Shown here in pieces: positions 50,342 through 61,030 of a DNA stretch of 64,000 bases. Position 1 is the stretch's first letter. Each line of letters opens with the position of its first letter. Source of the DNA: a virus; the IMG/VR virus record IMGVR_UViG_3300025949_000022, positions 11,104-75,103 of that record. One strand, 5' to 3'. Under the pieces are notes generated by a model. It searched no databases and was not told the origin of the DNA. It saw only the letters and a list, made by a program, of their open reading frames with translations. The position numbers were made by a program, and so were the translations under genes.

Positions 50342-51153
50342 CTAAATAATTTTGTTGGTTAATTATTCGGTCTGGGGTTTTCGCTTTGCGCGGGTCTTTT
50401 TGGGTGCTCCTGCGGGTTCTGATAGCTTCTTAGCCATTAAATCTAATTGCCGGGCTTGGTTATCATAAATTACTTTTTGGGCTTTAAGGGCGTTGGTTTG
50501 AAGGTCTATTTGTGCCTGGATTTCTTTGCTCTTTTTTTTGAAATCTGCCGATAGGTCTTTTAATGTCTGTACGTGATCCATTTTTTTAGTTAATAATTCT
50601 GCTTCCTCTTGTTAATTTTTTTTACGGAGTTAGTCAGTCTGTTATGGGGGTTGGTTTTGTCGCTTCATTTGCGTGGTTTTTAAGTTTTTATTTTTTTCTT
50701 TTTTGATTAGCGTGTGGATGTTATGCGACCTCAGCAAGCGAACGGTAAATATTCATTTTGCCATAAGTCCATGCGTTAGGCGTTTTTAATTGAAGCACAT
50801 AATCGTTACCGTTTTTGAAGTATTTGATTACTTTACAAACGATATATTGCCGGGATTGGTAATCTAAAACGCCGACCTTTTTTATTTGACCGGTCGTTAA
50901 TAATTCTATCGTTATGTGATTAATTACCATATCAATTAGCTTTAACCTTAAAGTACTTTAGTGATTTTAACGTTTGTTATTTCGGGAACGCCAGCGCCCT
51001 TTAAAGCAAGATTTTCGCCAAATGATAACTCAACTTTTAGCCCTCTTTGCTTTTCAGCCTCGATAATAAGCTGATTAAGGCTCTTTACGGCGTTCCTGAT
51101 ATCAGTTGCCACATCCCTATCCGATCTAATTTCTACTGCTTCCATTTTTTAAA

Positions 51154-51450
51154 TTAGTTAGCTTTAACCTTAACACTATCCAGCTTAACCCGTGCTGGTA
51201 AATCTTTTAAATAGGCTTCTATGTTTTTATAAACGGTTACTTTTTGAGTATCGTTATTCGCCGGTTCGTACATTGATAACCTTTTATAGTCTTGTAATGC
51301 TCCGTAGATTAGATTATAATCGCTTATAGGCATTGTTACTACTTTCTGATACTTGGCGCTGTCTTTTTTAATTGGTTTCGCCTGCGGGCTTGTTTGGGCC
51401 TTTAAACCGAGGCTTAAAATGATTAAGGTGGTGGTGATTATATATTTCAT
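51154..51450 (-). CDS. Secreted small protein
   Basis: Signal peptide ..LGLKA|Q. Confidence 0.6.
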   Translation of the reverse strand: MKYIITTTLIILSLGLKAQTSPQAKPIKKDSAKYQKVVTMPISDYNLIYGALQDYKRLSMYEPANNDTQKVTVYKNIEAYLKDLPARVKLDSVKVKAN

Positions 51451-51453
51451 GGT

Positions 51454-51819
51454 TTATTTTTTAGAGGTTTTTAGCTTTTTTTTCTTGATTTTCCTGTGGA
51501 TTATTATCGGCTGGTCGCGTCTATAAAATACTCCGTTGCGATAATTGTATCCAGCTATTGACATAGCCGTTACTACGTCGCAATTTGAGCAATTGGCCTG
51601 ATGATGAACCCTTATACCATTTACAAAAAAATCGTCTTTTCGGGGCGCGTCTGTCATGATGGTAGATGTTCCGGTGAGAGTTGTGACAGAAAATAGATTT
51701 TGCCCGCTATATGAAATTAACGAATCAGTCAACTTAATAACTTTAACGGTGTCTGCCTTATTCTGCCCCTTTAAATTAAAAGCAAGGCAAAGGAGTGTGA
51801 TAATTAATAAGTATTTCAT
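51454..51819 (-). CDS. Secreted small protein
   Basis: Signal peptide ..FNLKG|Q. Confidence 0.55.
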   Translation of the reverse strand: MKYLLIITLLCLAFNLKGQNKADTVKVIKLTDSLISYSGQNLFSVTTLTGTSTIMTDAPRKDDFFVNGIRVHHQANCSNCDVVTAMSIAGYNYRNGVFYRRDQPIIIHRKIKKKKLKTSKK

Positions 51820-52050
51820 GCTGCTTTGTTATTTAAGGCGTTAAGTTTACAATAGTTTTTTACGAATACCTTTCGGGCAAGAGAGTGTATCACCTCGGTA
51901 GGCTCGTGACTTACGAGTATTCTATTGCACATACGAAGCGCCGCGTAAATCTTTCCGGTTTCGGTTAATGGTTTTTTCATAATTGATTCGGGTTAATTCA
52001 AAATTAGTGGATTACTTAATAAGTTGCTCTAAAACTGCGTTATTTATTTT

Positions 52051-52446
52051 TTAGAGTGCGGTTTTTCTTTCCAAAATAGCAACCGTTTCTAATTTAAATT
52101 CTATTAGCCCCTCTAATTGCATCCTGTGTATTTTATGACGTAAAGCGGATGCGCTGCGCATTAATTTTTCAGCTATTTTTTGAGAGGTCATATTTTTATA
52201 ATTTTCAATTATGAAATCTACCTCAAACTTTTTATAAGCGTTAAATCCAGGGGGCATAACATATCGGGGCCGGTAAATGTGCGTTTGCTCGCTTTCTATT
52301 CGCCGGGCCAGCGGTAATAAGCCGCCGTTCTTATCTATCATATCCTGAATATCTTTCATTAACTGGCTCTTTGGTTCAGCTAATCCCGGAAATATATCTG
52401 CTGTCATATTATTAATTTTTGGAGTTGGTGAAATAGGTTGTATCAT
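52051..52446 (-). CDS. HTH/Myb-like DNA-binding protein
   Basis: FI.ENY..MT...IAEKL.RS...LR.K. Confidence 0.6.
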   Translation of the reverse strand: MIQPISPTPKINNMTADIFPGLAEPKSQLMKDIQDMIDKNGGLLPLARRIESEQTHIYRPRYVMPPGFNAYKKFEVDFIIENYKNMTSQKIAEKLMRSASALRHKIHRMQLEGLIEFKLETVAILERKTAL

Positions 52447-52551
52447 TTACTGTCATTATTTTAGTTCATACAATCGCATGGCATATTTATGTTTTGGCTG
52501 AATAAATCGCAAACTGATTTTTTTATCTTTTTTTCTTTGGATGCAGGGCGG

Positions 52552-53037
52552 TTATTCGTTGTTAAAGCGCTTTAATTTTATGTCTGATTTGCAATAAAGT
52601 GGATGCTTTGGACTTCCGTTTTTATTGATATGAAGCGCGGCGGCATATGGAAACATTTTTTTTACCTCTTCATCCCGGCCAAATACCCTAAAGTTACCCC
52701 ATGCGAAAACCACGATATTGCATTTAGTAGAAACATGCTTCAGGTGCCTGTCAGCCAAATTAACGTTACCTTTTTCGATATTTAACTTAGTCGGGTCTGT
52801 GCTGATATAGGTAAAAAGATTCATCATGTAAAACCCACCGTAACCTAAATTATTGGCTATGGTTTTTATTCGCCTGATTGTAGGGTCATCGGTTTCAGCA
52901 TTGGCAGTAGACGGATTAAGTCCGATAAACATTATCAGCGGTTTATTATCGTCCCAAACCCGGCATAACCATATACGATGTTTTCCGCACGGGCTAAACA
53001 GCGCATCCTTTTTAATTTCTCCGAACAAATCTTTCAT
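52552..53037 (-). CDS. DUF1643 family protein
   Basis: FIGLNPSTA....DDPTIRR, AWG, G.PKHPLY. Confidence 0.9.
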   Translation of the reverse strand: MKDLFGEIKKDALFSPCGKHRIWLCRVWDDNKPLIMFIGLNPSTANAETDDPTIRRIKTIANNLGYGGFYMMNLFTYISTDPTKLNIEKGNVNLADRHLKHVSTKCNIVVFAWGNFRVFGRDEEVKKMFPYAAALHINKNGSPKHPLYCKSDIKLKRFNNE

Positions 53038-53040
53038 ATT

Positions 53041-53484
53041 TTATAATCTGTTTAAAACCAAATTTAATTTCCTACCCTCTTCGGGGTTATTTTCGACGTA
53101 ATTGTGGTGCTTCATACACAGGCTGCAAAAGTTCGTTTCATCCGTTAGTAACGCTCCGCACCTTCCCCTCAAATGGTGTAGGGTTATATTTTTGCTCCCG
53201 CATCCTGGATATTCGCAAGTCGGGTTTTCCGCAAAATACTTATCCCGCTTCTTTCGGTAAATTCTTAATTCTGTGGTCATTTTATCACTTACTTTTTTGA
53301 TAGGTTTACGCTCTACCTTAAAATACTTAGCTTCTTTCCCGTTTTCGGTTTGGGTTAAGGTTGCCTGCTTGGCTTTATTACGGCTTTTAATGAGGCCAGA
53401 GCAATTACGGCACATCGGCGGGGATGAAATCCAGGGCGGCCTTTCAAAGTGGCATACAGAGCATATTTTTAGCTTTGTTATCAT
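53041..53484 (-). CDS. HNH-like nuclease
   Basis: CE..GC.....LHH.RGR........SLC..HH. Confidence 0.65.
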   Translation of the reverse strand: MITKLKICSVCHFERPPWISSPPMCRNCSGLIKSRNKAKQATLTQTENGKEAKYFKVERKPIKKVSDKMTTELRIYRKKRDKYFAENPTCEYPGCGSKNITLHHLRGRCGALLTDETNFCSLCMKHHNYVENNPEEGRKLNLVLNRL

Positions 53485-53502
53485 TTTCTTTTTTTTGAAT
53501 GC

Positions 53503-53892
53503 TTAAACAGGTCGTTTCCAGCAATCGGCTAATAATTCATTGCCATATTCGAGCATCCAAATGTCATATCCTGTAAATAATGGTTGCTTATCTTCGGGCA
53601 ACATTTCAATAATTCGCGTTGCGCTGTAATTGCCAGCATACCATAGTTCAATCGGATAATCAACATATTTAACCATGGGTATAATTGTTTTAATTTGATC
53701 GGTATAAACAAATGTAGTCTGCACAAATATTGCATCTGGCCGCCAATCGGTTAAAGCCGTTTTTATTGACATTGGCTTATTATAGCAATCGCAAATAACT
53801 AAAACATGGTGCCCGTCAGATTTAAGCTTTATTTCAAAATCTTCTTGGTAGTTATCCAACCATTTGTCAGCTTCGATAAATAATATTTTCAT
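53503..53892 (-). CDS. Stand-alone flavodoxin/receiver-like domain protein
   Basis: MKILFIE.D...L...GH.V......PD.IFV pattern. Confidence 0.4.
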   Translation of the reverse strand: MKILFIEADKWLDNYQEDFEIKLKSDGHHVLVICDCYNKPMSIKTALTDWRPDAIFVQTTFVYTDQIKTIIPMVKYVDYPIELWYAGNYSATRIIEMLPEDKQPLFTGYDIWMLEYGNELLADCWKRPV

Positions 53893-53947
53893 AATTATTA
53901 AGGTTTAAAAGCGCCAATCAAAAAGAGAAAAACAAAATATTTAGTGT

Positions 53948-54619
53948 TCATAAGAGTGTTGTTTGTTTACTTATCTGTTGAATAGGAGTGAATAATTTAG
54001 TTTGAGATATATGTTTTGCAAATCGCTTTTCTTGATCGTTAAAATGCTTTTCGTCTATCTCACACCCGTAGAAATCAAACTGTAAATCGTGAGCAGCTAT
54101 TCTACTGCTGCCACTCCCTAAGTGCGTATCAAGTATTTTAAATCCTTCGTCAGCGTAATTATTAAGCAACCATCTATAAAGTCCTACCGGTTTTTGATGT
54201 ATATGTATTGTTGGTTCATTCTCAAATTTTACTGCTCCGCACCAATGGCCGTTAAAGGTTTTTATTTGAGTTCTTTTGCTATACCAAGCTATATCGCAGC
54301 TGCTCATATTATGTAAATCAGGGTCGGCTTTTTTATCCCAAACTATAAACGATCCTTCGGGCTTTAAATAAATAATTTGATATTGACAACCCCATATGAT
54401 TTGATGTTTTGAAACACGGTACACTTCTTCGTAATATTCAGCACATGGTATATTTTTATTGCGATAAGATGAATCGGTAGTTTTATGTCTTTGAAACTTA
54501 TTCTTGGCCATTATTGAACTTCCATAAGGTGGATCAAGTAAGGCCAAATCAAAGAACCCATCAGGATACCTGCCCATAAACTCCATGTTATCACAATTTT
54601 CTACTATACTGATACTCAT
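53948..54619 (-). CDS. Orphan N4/N6 DNA methyltransferase (beta class)
   Basis: DPPYG, H..QKP..L, ILDTHLGSGS. Confidence 0.9.
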   Translation of the reverse strand: MSISIVENCDNMEFMGRYPDGFFDLALLDPPYGSSIMAKNKFQRHKTTDSSYRNKNIPCAEYYEEVYRVSKHQIIWGCQYQIIYLKPEGSFIVWDKKADPDLHNMSSCDIAWYSKRTQIKTFNGHWCGAVKFENEPTIHIHQKPVGLYRWLLNNYADEGFKILDTHLGSGSSRIAAHDLQFDFYGCEIDEKHFNDQEKRFAKHISQTKLFTPIQQISKQTTLL

Positions 54620-54832
54620 TTTTATTTTTTTGAGGTTAAAAGGTGTTTATCCTTTTGAAATATTTATAATCGTTACTTAGTTCAAAATCCATATTGCCTG
54701 CATCAATGAAATGCTTGCAGATATCAGTAAACAGGGCCGGGTCACGTTTGCCGGTTAAGGCTATTTCAATTCGTTGGCCTGGTTTCATTTCACTGAATTT
54801 TTTAAACCATTTTTCTAAAATTTCATCCATAA

Positions 54833-56605
54833 TTAAAAGGGTTCAGGTTCCAATAAATCATATTCAGCCGAACGCGGCATAGCTTCATAAAAGTTTTTAT
54901 TTTCAACTGGAAGCAGCCAGTTAGCGTCAGGGTCTTCAAATCCTTGATTATAAAACCGCGCATTTTCTTCGTGGTAGGTATATTCAACCATACCTACCTT
55001 TCCTAAATGCTCCCACTTTACTTTTTGGAAGTGTATTTCTGTTTTTGTGGTTTCAGCATTAAAATAAACAGTCAGCCCGTTTTGGGTCATATTAAAAAAG
55101 TCGGCTGATCCTGAAATACTGTACAAGGTGGGCACCGTATAATTTTGGCTATCTTTAAGTTTTGCCATTTTTGTAGGGTGGGCAACTAAAAAGGTATGCA
55201 CCCCGTTTTGCTGATTGAACCTGATAATTTTATCAAGCCGTTCCTGAACCCATTTTATAGGGTTATAGCCATTAGGCATATTGCTTTCTATCCGGTTCCA
55301 AGGGTCGATAATCAAACATTTAATTCCTTTCTTTAAAACCAATAGACGGGCTTTGTCCAATATTTCATCAAGGTCATACCCTTGCGGCGGCGCTATAAGG
55401 TGGTAGCGGCTTTTAAGCCATTGGCGGCACTCTTGAAGTAAGGCGGGGCTTATGTTGTTTTTACTAAATTTCTTTCCTATCAGCCGCTTTATTAGCCTTG
55501 TGTAGTAAAATGCTATCGGGTAGCTTTCTGGTGAACAAATTGCGAAAGTCCAATTTTCTTTCAGGCATAGGCGCAAACTTATTTGATCGAGGTAAATTGA
55601 TTTTCCATGCCCCGGTATCCCTGTAACCATTGTCATTTCGCCGGGCATCAACCCCAAATGGTCATCAAATAATTTATCACCTGTTTTTGCACCGGACGGC
55701 AGCCCGTTATTGTAAATATCCTCTATACCTTCCCAAACATCGTCAATGGTAAAAACTCCCTCTATCGAAAATTCTTTTGCGGCGTCTAAAAGTGATTTAA
55801 GGGCTTGTGGCGCCTTTGCAACTAAATATTCGTTACTATCCTTAAAGTCGCCGAAATCAAGCCAATAACACCTGTCATACCCTAATCTTCGGGCAAGCTC
55901 ATCCCGCAACGATCTGCCTGGTTCATCGTTATCGGTGGCGATAAATATTTTAACTTTGTTAGAAAAGTACTCGTAACAATTATCTAAATATTCAAGTCGC
56001 TGGCTCCCTTTGCTTGCGCCGTTGGGTACTGAAACAACCTCGTTTACTTCGGCCTCAATCCAACTAAGCGCATCTATTTCACCCTCGGTAATGATACACC
56101 ATGTTGATTTTTCTACGGCATCCAAATTGTAAAATATCAATTCAGCATCCTTTACCAATTTGAAGTTTTTTTCAGCGTCACGGTATTTTATATTTACCAA
56201 TTGACCGCTACGGAAATAGTTAAACTGGATTGTGTTTACTTCTTTTTGCTTTTGCGGCATCCATTCCGGACCGGAAGTTATTTTAGCTTTAAGCAACGTA
56301 TTTTGAGATATTCCACGCTTGAAAAAATAATTTACTTCCCGTTCTTTCAAATCAGTTCGGTTGTTGAACACCGGTTTAAAATATTCTTTTACCTCAGCCT
56401 TAAATTTTTCAGCGACACACCCGCTCCAATTGCAGTGGTGGCAGTTGTAAAGTCCGGTGTCAATCGTAACACTCAAACATGGGTCGGTTTTCTTTTTGCG
56501 GGTATGACTGCATTTTGGGCAGGTGGTATTGATTTGATTGCCTTTCAATTTACGCAAGTCAATCCCCAGTGCTTCTAAATTTTTTATGTGGTTAGTCATC
56601 GACAA
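54833..56605 (-). CDS. Twinkle/T7 gp4-like primase-helicase
   Basis: CPKC..CHHC Zn finger, TOPRIM EGEID / DND, Walker A GIPGHGKS, LIIDP, VAHP. Confidence 0.93.
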   Translation of the reverse strand: MSMTNHIKNLEALGIDLRKLKGNQINTTCPKCSHTRKKKTDPCLSVTIDTGLYNCHHCNWSGCVAEKFKAEVKEYFKPVFNNRTDLKEREVNYFFKRGISQNTLLKAKITSGPEWMPQKQKEVNTIQFNYFRSGQLVNIKYRDAEKNFKLVKDAELIFYNLDAVEKSTWCIITEGEIDALSWIEAEVNEVVSVPNGASKGSQRLEYLDNCYEYFSNKVKIFIATDNDEPGRSLRDELARRLGYDRCYWLDFGDFKDSNEYLVAKAPQALKSLLDAAKEFSIEGVFTIDDVWEGIEDIYNNGLPSGAKTGDKLFDDHLGLMPGEMTMVTGIPGHGKSIYLDQISLRLCLKENWTFAICSPESYPIAFYYTRLIKRLIGKKFSKNNISPALLQECRQWLKSRYHLIAPPQGYDLDEILDKARLLVLKKGIKCLIIDPWNRIESNMPNGYNPIKWVQERLDKIIRFNQQNGVHTFLVAHPTKMAKLKDSQNYTVPTLYSISGSADFFNMTQNGLTVYFNAETTKTEIHFQKVKWEHLGKVGMVEYTYHEENARFYNQGFEDPDANWLLPVENKNFYEAMPRSAEYDLLEPEPF

Positions 56606-57273
56606 AGCCCCCCCATTTTTTTAATCGGTGTTTCATTTAAATAACTTTCAAACTTATTTCCGAATAATGTTGATGGTCGTAAATATCCAACCATATTGGG
56701 GTCGTTAAGCCATTGCGAAGTTTTGATATCAATAACTTTTTTAAGATCGTTTTCGGAGTACCCTGATTTTATTTTTGCGGTGATTAGGTTAATGGTTTCT
56801 TTAGTCGTTTTTTCAAAATTTTTCGACACCTTTTTATTTAGATATTCAATAATATTATCAATAACAATATCAATATCATTATCAGTGTTTTGCTTCACTT
56901 TTGCTTCGCGTTTGCTTACGTTTTGCTTGCGTTTTGCTTTACCACCGGATTTGCCAATAGCAGACCGAATTTCTGAAATAGTGCCCTCACGTATCATACG
57001 GCGCGATATTATTTCAAAAGTGTCCTCTTTTATGGCCGAAATATTAAGAATATTGTTGTCAATTAATTCCTGAAAAATTGCTTTAGTTTCTTCAATATTT
57101 GACTTAAAAAGCACCGATAATGTGCGATAATTTGCAACAAAAACACCCTTTTTTTCGGACTTAAACAGCTTAAAAACCAATTTTAATAAAGCAAATTCTG
57201 CAAGGGGTGTAAGGCAGTTTGTGTCCTGTTCCCAGTCGCCAATATAGAGTGGAATATACGGTTGTTTTGACAT
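56596..57273 (-). CDS. Phage replication initiator
   Basis: N-terminal PY.PLY.GDW..DT..L (YdaU-like) and C-terminal YLRPSTLFG.KFESYLN. Confidence 0.85.
   Translation of the reverse strand: MSKQPYIPLYIGDWEQDTNCLTPLAEFALLKLVFKLFKSEKKGVFVANYRTLSVLFKSNIEETKAIFQELIDNNILNISAIKEDTFEIISRRMIREGTISEIRSAIGKSGGKAKRKQNVSKREAKVKQNTDNDIDIVIDNIIEYLNKKVSKNFEKTTKETINLITAKIKSGYSENDLKKVIDIKTSQWLNDPNMVGYLRPSTLFGNKFESYLNETPIKKMGGLCR
56889..56939. repeat. Iteron array (5 x TTTGCTT, 11-bp period), putative replication origin
   Basis: Copies at 56889, 56900, 56911, 56922, 56933 inside the initiator gene, adjacent to an AT-rich tract. Confidence 0.75.
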
Positions 57274-57800
57274 TAGAAACGCCCCCCTTTCGCCAACTCA
57301 ACGGCAGTTAAATAATTATCACCGACTGAATCCCAATTACGTTTATCAATGGTTAAATCAGCATTTTCGTACCCCGGATAAACAAACATTCTATTCTCAT
57401 CATAAGCCTGATCTCCGTTAATAATTCCGTAAGCCTTATCTACTTTTGTAACCCCTTTACAAGTTTCTCTGTAGTAGTATTCATAACATATAAAGTCAGG
57501 CACATCAATAGCAAGAATTACTATTTTACCGCTAATAAGACAAAGCCGCTCTGCCTTCTCTAATTCGGCTTTAAGAAAAGCAAATGGCTTAACTTCTATG
57601 AATGCGCCATTGTGAAACGTTGGTAAATAAAAGTCGGGTAGATACCATAACCCATCAAGGTCATAACCTTCATGTTCGTAGAACCAATTAATATTTAAAG
57701 CATCTAAAAATAAAGCCCATCGTGCCTCTAACCTACTTCTAAAAAGGAAACCTTTATACCTGGTCTCAATTGGTTTTAATTCGGTTATTGGTTTATTCAT
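57273..57800 (-). CDS. PD-(D/E)xK nuclease-like protein
   Basis: FRSRLEARWA, YLPDF, IEVKP. Confidence 0.8.
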   Translation of the reverse strand: MNKPITELKPIETRYKGFLFRSRLEARWALFLDALNINWFYEHEGYDLDGLWYLPDFYLPTFHNGAFIEVKPFAFLKAELEKAERLCLISGKIVILAIDVPDFICYEYYYRETCKGVTKVDKAYGIINGDQAYDENRMFVYPGYENADLTIDKRNWDSVGDNYLTAVELAKGGRF

Positions 57801-58064
57801 CTTAGATAAGAATTACAATTATTATTAAACAAAAAATGCGTTTTCAAAAGGATCAAGAGCTGCCACTCTATCACCTTTATGAAAACGCATCGTCGCAATT
57901 GAAACCACTGGCAGTTAGCTCAAAAAATAATGAATATAAAGATACCGATAAAACGCTAATAATTTGAGAGGCTAAACGCACAATTGCTAAAGAATTTATC
58001 AACATATTAAATCAAATTAAGGGTATCAAATACCAAGCTTTTAAAGTGTGCCTGGTTTCACTTT

Positions 58065-58541
58065 TTAGACGGATAGTATTAGTTTTGGATCCCAAAAAGA
58101 TAATGCGCCCTTGATGTTTAAAATAGGCTCGTAGTACTTTACGGGATTAGCCAGTACCCAATTATATACAGGCACATCTATGGTTGTTTTAACGCCATCA
58201 ATAACTTTGATTACCTTTGCTATATGTTGCGCCCAAATAGAGGTATGATTTAGCACGCAATCAATTATTTCAACCTCGCCAATAATAGCAGAACACGGAT
58301 AAGCAGCCATTAAATCAGGCAACCGCCCCTCTTTTATATCCCAGTGATTATGAACTAAATCTTGCCACTGTTCTTTTGTTGGATTAAAACCATTTGGCAA
58401 TCCGTTCATTGGAATAGCTTTTTGAGAAGCATGGATGTAAACCCTACCCCTAAAATTGGTTTTCCATGTTCGGTTTTCAATGTCCTTGATTCCGTCAACT
58501 ATTAGTTGCGCCCACGGCTGTTTAATGGTTAGTGCTTTCAT
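58065..58541 (-). CDS. ASCH domain protein (likely start MKALTI)
   Basis: LTIKQPWA..IV.G.KDIENRTW.T..RG...IHA. Confidence 0.9.
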   Translation of the reverse strand: MKALTIKQPWAQLIVDGIKDIENRTWKTNFRGRVYIHASQKAIPMNGLPNGFNPTKEQWQDLVHNHWDIKEGRLPDLMAAYPCSAIIGEVEIIDCVLNHTSIWAQHIAKVIKVIDGVKTTIDVPVYNWVLANPVKYYEPILNIKGALSFWDPKLILSV

Positions 58542-58732
58542 ATTTTTAATAATTATATTTAGCTGTTGGCATATCTGATTCATCAAATTTTTTGGCGCAA
58601 TCTTCACAAACGGGCCGGTTAATCTTTTCGTCAATAGTCCATGTATTTGAATCCTGATTACAGAAGATACAGGCCTCCAGTATATCGTTATTGCTTAAAT
58701 CTTCGGGTTCGCTTAAAATAGGAATCATTGGT

Positions 58733-59740
58733 TTAGTATTTATTTAGCATTACAGGCATCTGTAAAGCATTTTCATTTATTACACAACAGCTACTCGCAT
58801 TAGTCATTTTAAAGCTTAATTCAGGCGTTTTAATACTGTCTATTAATTTTAAAATCATCCGCGCATTAAAGCCTATTTCAATATCGGCGCCAGTATGATT
58901 GCAACTCATTTGGCGCTTATAGGCCCGGTCATACATTAAATCTTCACTGCTTAACGTTAGACGGCTATTTACATTAAAAACTACGGCGTGCATCGCAGAG
59001 CCAGCGCAACTCAATGCCTTTTTAACTGCTATTTTTAATTCATTTTTATCAACTTTCATTTCGATTGGCTGTTCTTTAGGGACTATTGAAAGCAGGTCAG
59101 GGAATTTATTATCATCAACGCGCTGAATAATTATCATATCGTCGTTTTCGATAACCAAACGCGAGGCAGAAACTGAAATCCGATAACCCCCATTTGGGAA
59201 TAATGCCATTAAATCAGCGGATTTTTTGCCGATAAGTATTTGTTGCGAATAAGTAAAATCTGATCGCTCAAATATAGCGGAGTGCGCATCGGTAGCCATT
59301 ATAAAGCCGTCTTTTATACATACTGCACACATGGCGGGGCGTAACTCATCTTTACTTATAACAGTTACAGCGCGCCGGATTCTTTCGCAATCTTCTTTAT
59401 TTAATTTTCCAATGTAATTGACCCCGTCAAAAACAATTTTAGGAAAGTTATCTATAGGCTCAAATCGGTATGAATAACTTTCTGTTTCTGTATCAACGCA
59501 AAGTTTCGGGCCATCCTGTTTAAATACTGGATTCCCTACAAAACCGCAAACGTTAATAAACTCCTTTGCATCCTGCACAAAGTTTAATCCGATACCGATA
59601 TTCTTAAATATTACAGATGTATTTAAGTCGGTAATGGTTAGTTGGTCGTTCATTACCAACACACATTCAAGGATAGGTAATACAGTAGATTTTGGCTTAA
59701 TTATGGAATAAGCCTTTTTGATTTGAGTTAAATTTTTCAT
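58733..59740 (-). CDS. dnaN: DNA polymerase III beta sliding clamp-like protein
   Basis: LPILE, TDL, D..RP.M..V, ATDAH, FPD...VP, IGFN, LQMPV. Confidence 0.85.
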   Translation of the reverse strand: MKNLTQIKKAYSIIKPKSTVLPILECVLVMNDQLTITDLNTSVIFKNIGIGLNFVQDAKEFINVCGFVGNPVFKQDGPKLCVDTETESYSYRFEPIDNFPKIVFDGVNYIGKLNKEDCERIRRAVTVISKDELRPAMCAVCIKDGFIMATDAHSAIFERSDFTYSQQILIGKKSADLMALFPNGGYRISVSASRLVIENDDMIIIQRVDDNKFPDLLSIVPKEQPIEMKVDKNELKIAVKKALSCAGSAMHAVVFNVNSRLTLSSEDLMYDRAYKRQMSCNHTGADIEIGFNARMILKLIDSIKTPELSFKMTNASSCCVINENALQMPVMLNKY

Positions 59741-59823
59741 GCTATGGTTTTATAATTTATCAATTTTAAAATAGATGTACTCTTCCCCTTTTGGAACAAT
59801 TACTTTTTTTATAACTGCTATCA

Positions 59824-60375
59824 TTAAAGATTTTTACGTCTTGCCCATTCGCAAATCAAAGCTGCATCCACTATTCCATCATGTGGATTAGTAACACGCT
59901 TGCTTTCTGATTTTCTAAAATCGTAATGCGGGAATAGCCTTGTAGCGCATTTTAAACTCGTTAGTTTGGTATCCAGTGAAGGATTTTTTTGTTCTGGCTT
60001 CTTAGTTTTATAACTCTTATCCCCTTGTTGCCACACTTCTTTTTGCCATTCTTTCGGTTGAACTTTTATTAACTTGAATTTGTGGCTGATAACTATTGCC
60101 TCTATAGCCCCGCATACAAATCCAAAAGTGAAATTTGCGCCTGCTGAAGCTCCGAAAACGCTATGTACATCTTCCAGTATCAAAGTAATATCAAATCGCG
60201 TCCTAAGCGTTTTAAAGAGGTCATATAGCCCGTGAATATCTACATCGTCACCCATAAGAGGTATTATTGATTTAAAAGCTAAATCTCCTTGCTTTGTCAT
60301 GGCTACGACACCACCGTTCTTGCCGGGGTCGATTGCTATATACGCCGGAGTTATTTGATATAATTGATCTTCCAT
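59824..60375 (-). CDS. RuvC-like Holliday junction resolvase
   Basis: IAIDPG..GG, LEDV, F.FG, P.EWQK, DG..DA.LI. Confidence 0.85.
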   Translation of the reverse strand: MEDQLYQITPAYIAIDPGKNGGVVAMTKQGDLAFKSIIPLMGDDVDIHGLYDLFKTLRTRFDITLILEDVHSVFGASAGANFTFGFVCGAIEAIVISHKFKLIKVQPKEWQKEVWQQGDKSYKTKKPEQKNPSLDTKLTSLKCATRLFPHYDFRKSESKRVTNPHDGIVDAALICEWARRKNL

Positions 60376-60376
60376 G

Positions 60377-61030
60377 TTATTTTAAGAGGTTTTGGAGATA
60401 TTCGTTCATAATTACAGAGGCTTCTTCTAAACGATATTCAAGTTCTTTCATAAAAGCTTCGTCCCTGTAAATCCGAATTATTTTTATCTGAAACTTTTCA
60501 TTTTTACAGCGCGGATCGTAGCTGATGAAGTCACACCATTGCGTACCGGTCACAAACATATTTCCCTGCGGCTGCGTGTAATATGCTTCTTCAAAGTCCC
60601 GTAGTTCTTCAACTGAATTACAAAGGCTGATAGCAATATGGTTTTCACTTGCGAACGGGCATTTAACCTCTAAAATACCATCGTCATTAACTTCGGCGTC
60701 CGGGGATCCGCCGTAAATCGAATTGTATGTATAGAAACCGCTTGTTCGGGTTTTAACGCCTGTTTCCTTTTCATACCGGAGTATAGCGTCCTTTTCATTT
60801 GATAGTCCCCAGTCCATACTCATAGAAGTTGGATTTTTAGTTTCACCTGTAAGGATTTCAGCTATCTTAGTTTTGATGTAGGTTAGCGCGCCTTTGCCAA
60901 ATAATTCATCTTTCTTTCGTCCACTGGCAAACAACTTGTGAATTTCCGAAGATGTGAACCGGCCCAAACGAGCTTGCGCCCATTCGATCGTATGCGGTTC
61001 AATGAATTTAGGTTTTACTGTCGTTTCCAT
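60377..61030 (-). CDS. YqaJ/lambda-exonuclease family recombination nuclease
   Basis: EW..ARLG..TSS, WG...E, GSPD, LEVKCP, Y..Q.Q. Confidence 0.92.
   Translation of the reverse strand: METTVKPKFIEPHTIEWAQARLGRFTSSEIHKLFASGRKKDELFGKGALTYIKTKIAEILTGETKNPTSMSMDWGLSNEKDAILRYEKETGVKTRTSGFYTYNSIYGGSPDAEVNDDGILEVKCPFASENHIAISLCNSVEELRDFEEAYYTQPQGNMFVTGTQWCDFISYDPRCKNEKFQIKIIRIYRDEAFMKELEYRLEEASVIMNEYLQNLLK

Noticed and set aside
53948-57800. Restriction-modification system
   Set aside because: MTase and nucleases are not adjacent and are typical orphan phage genes
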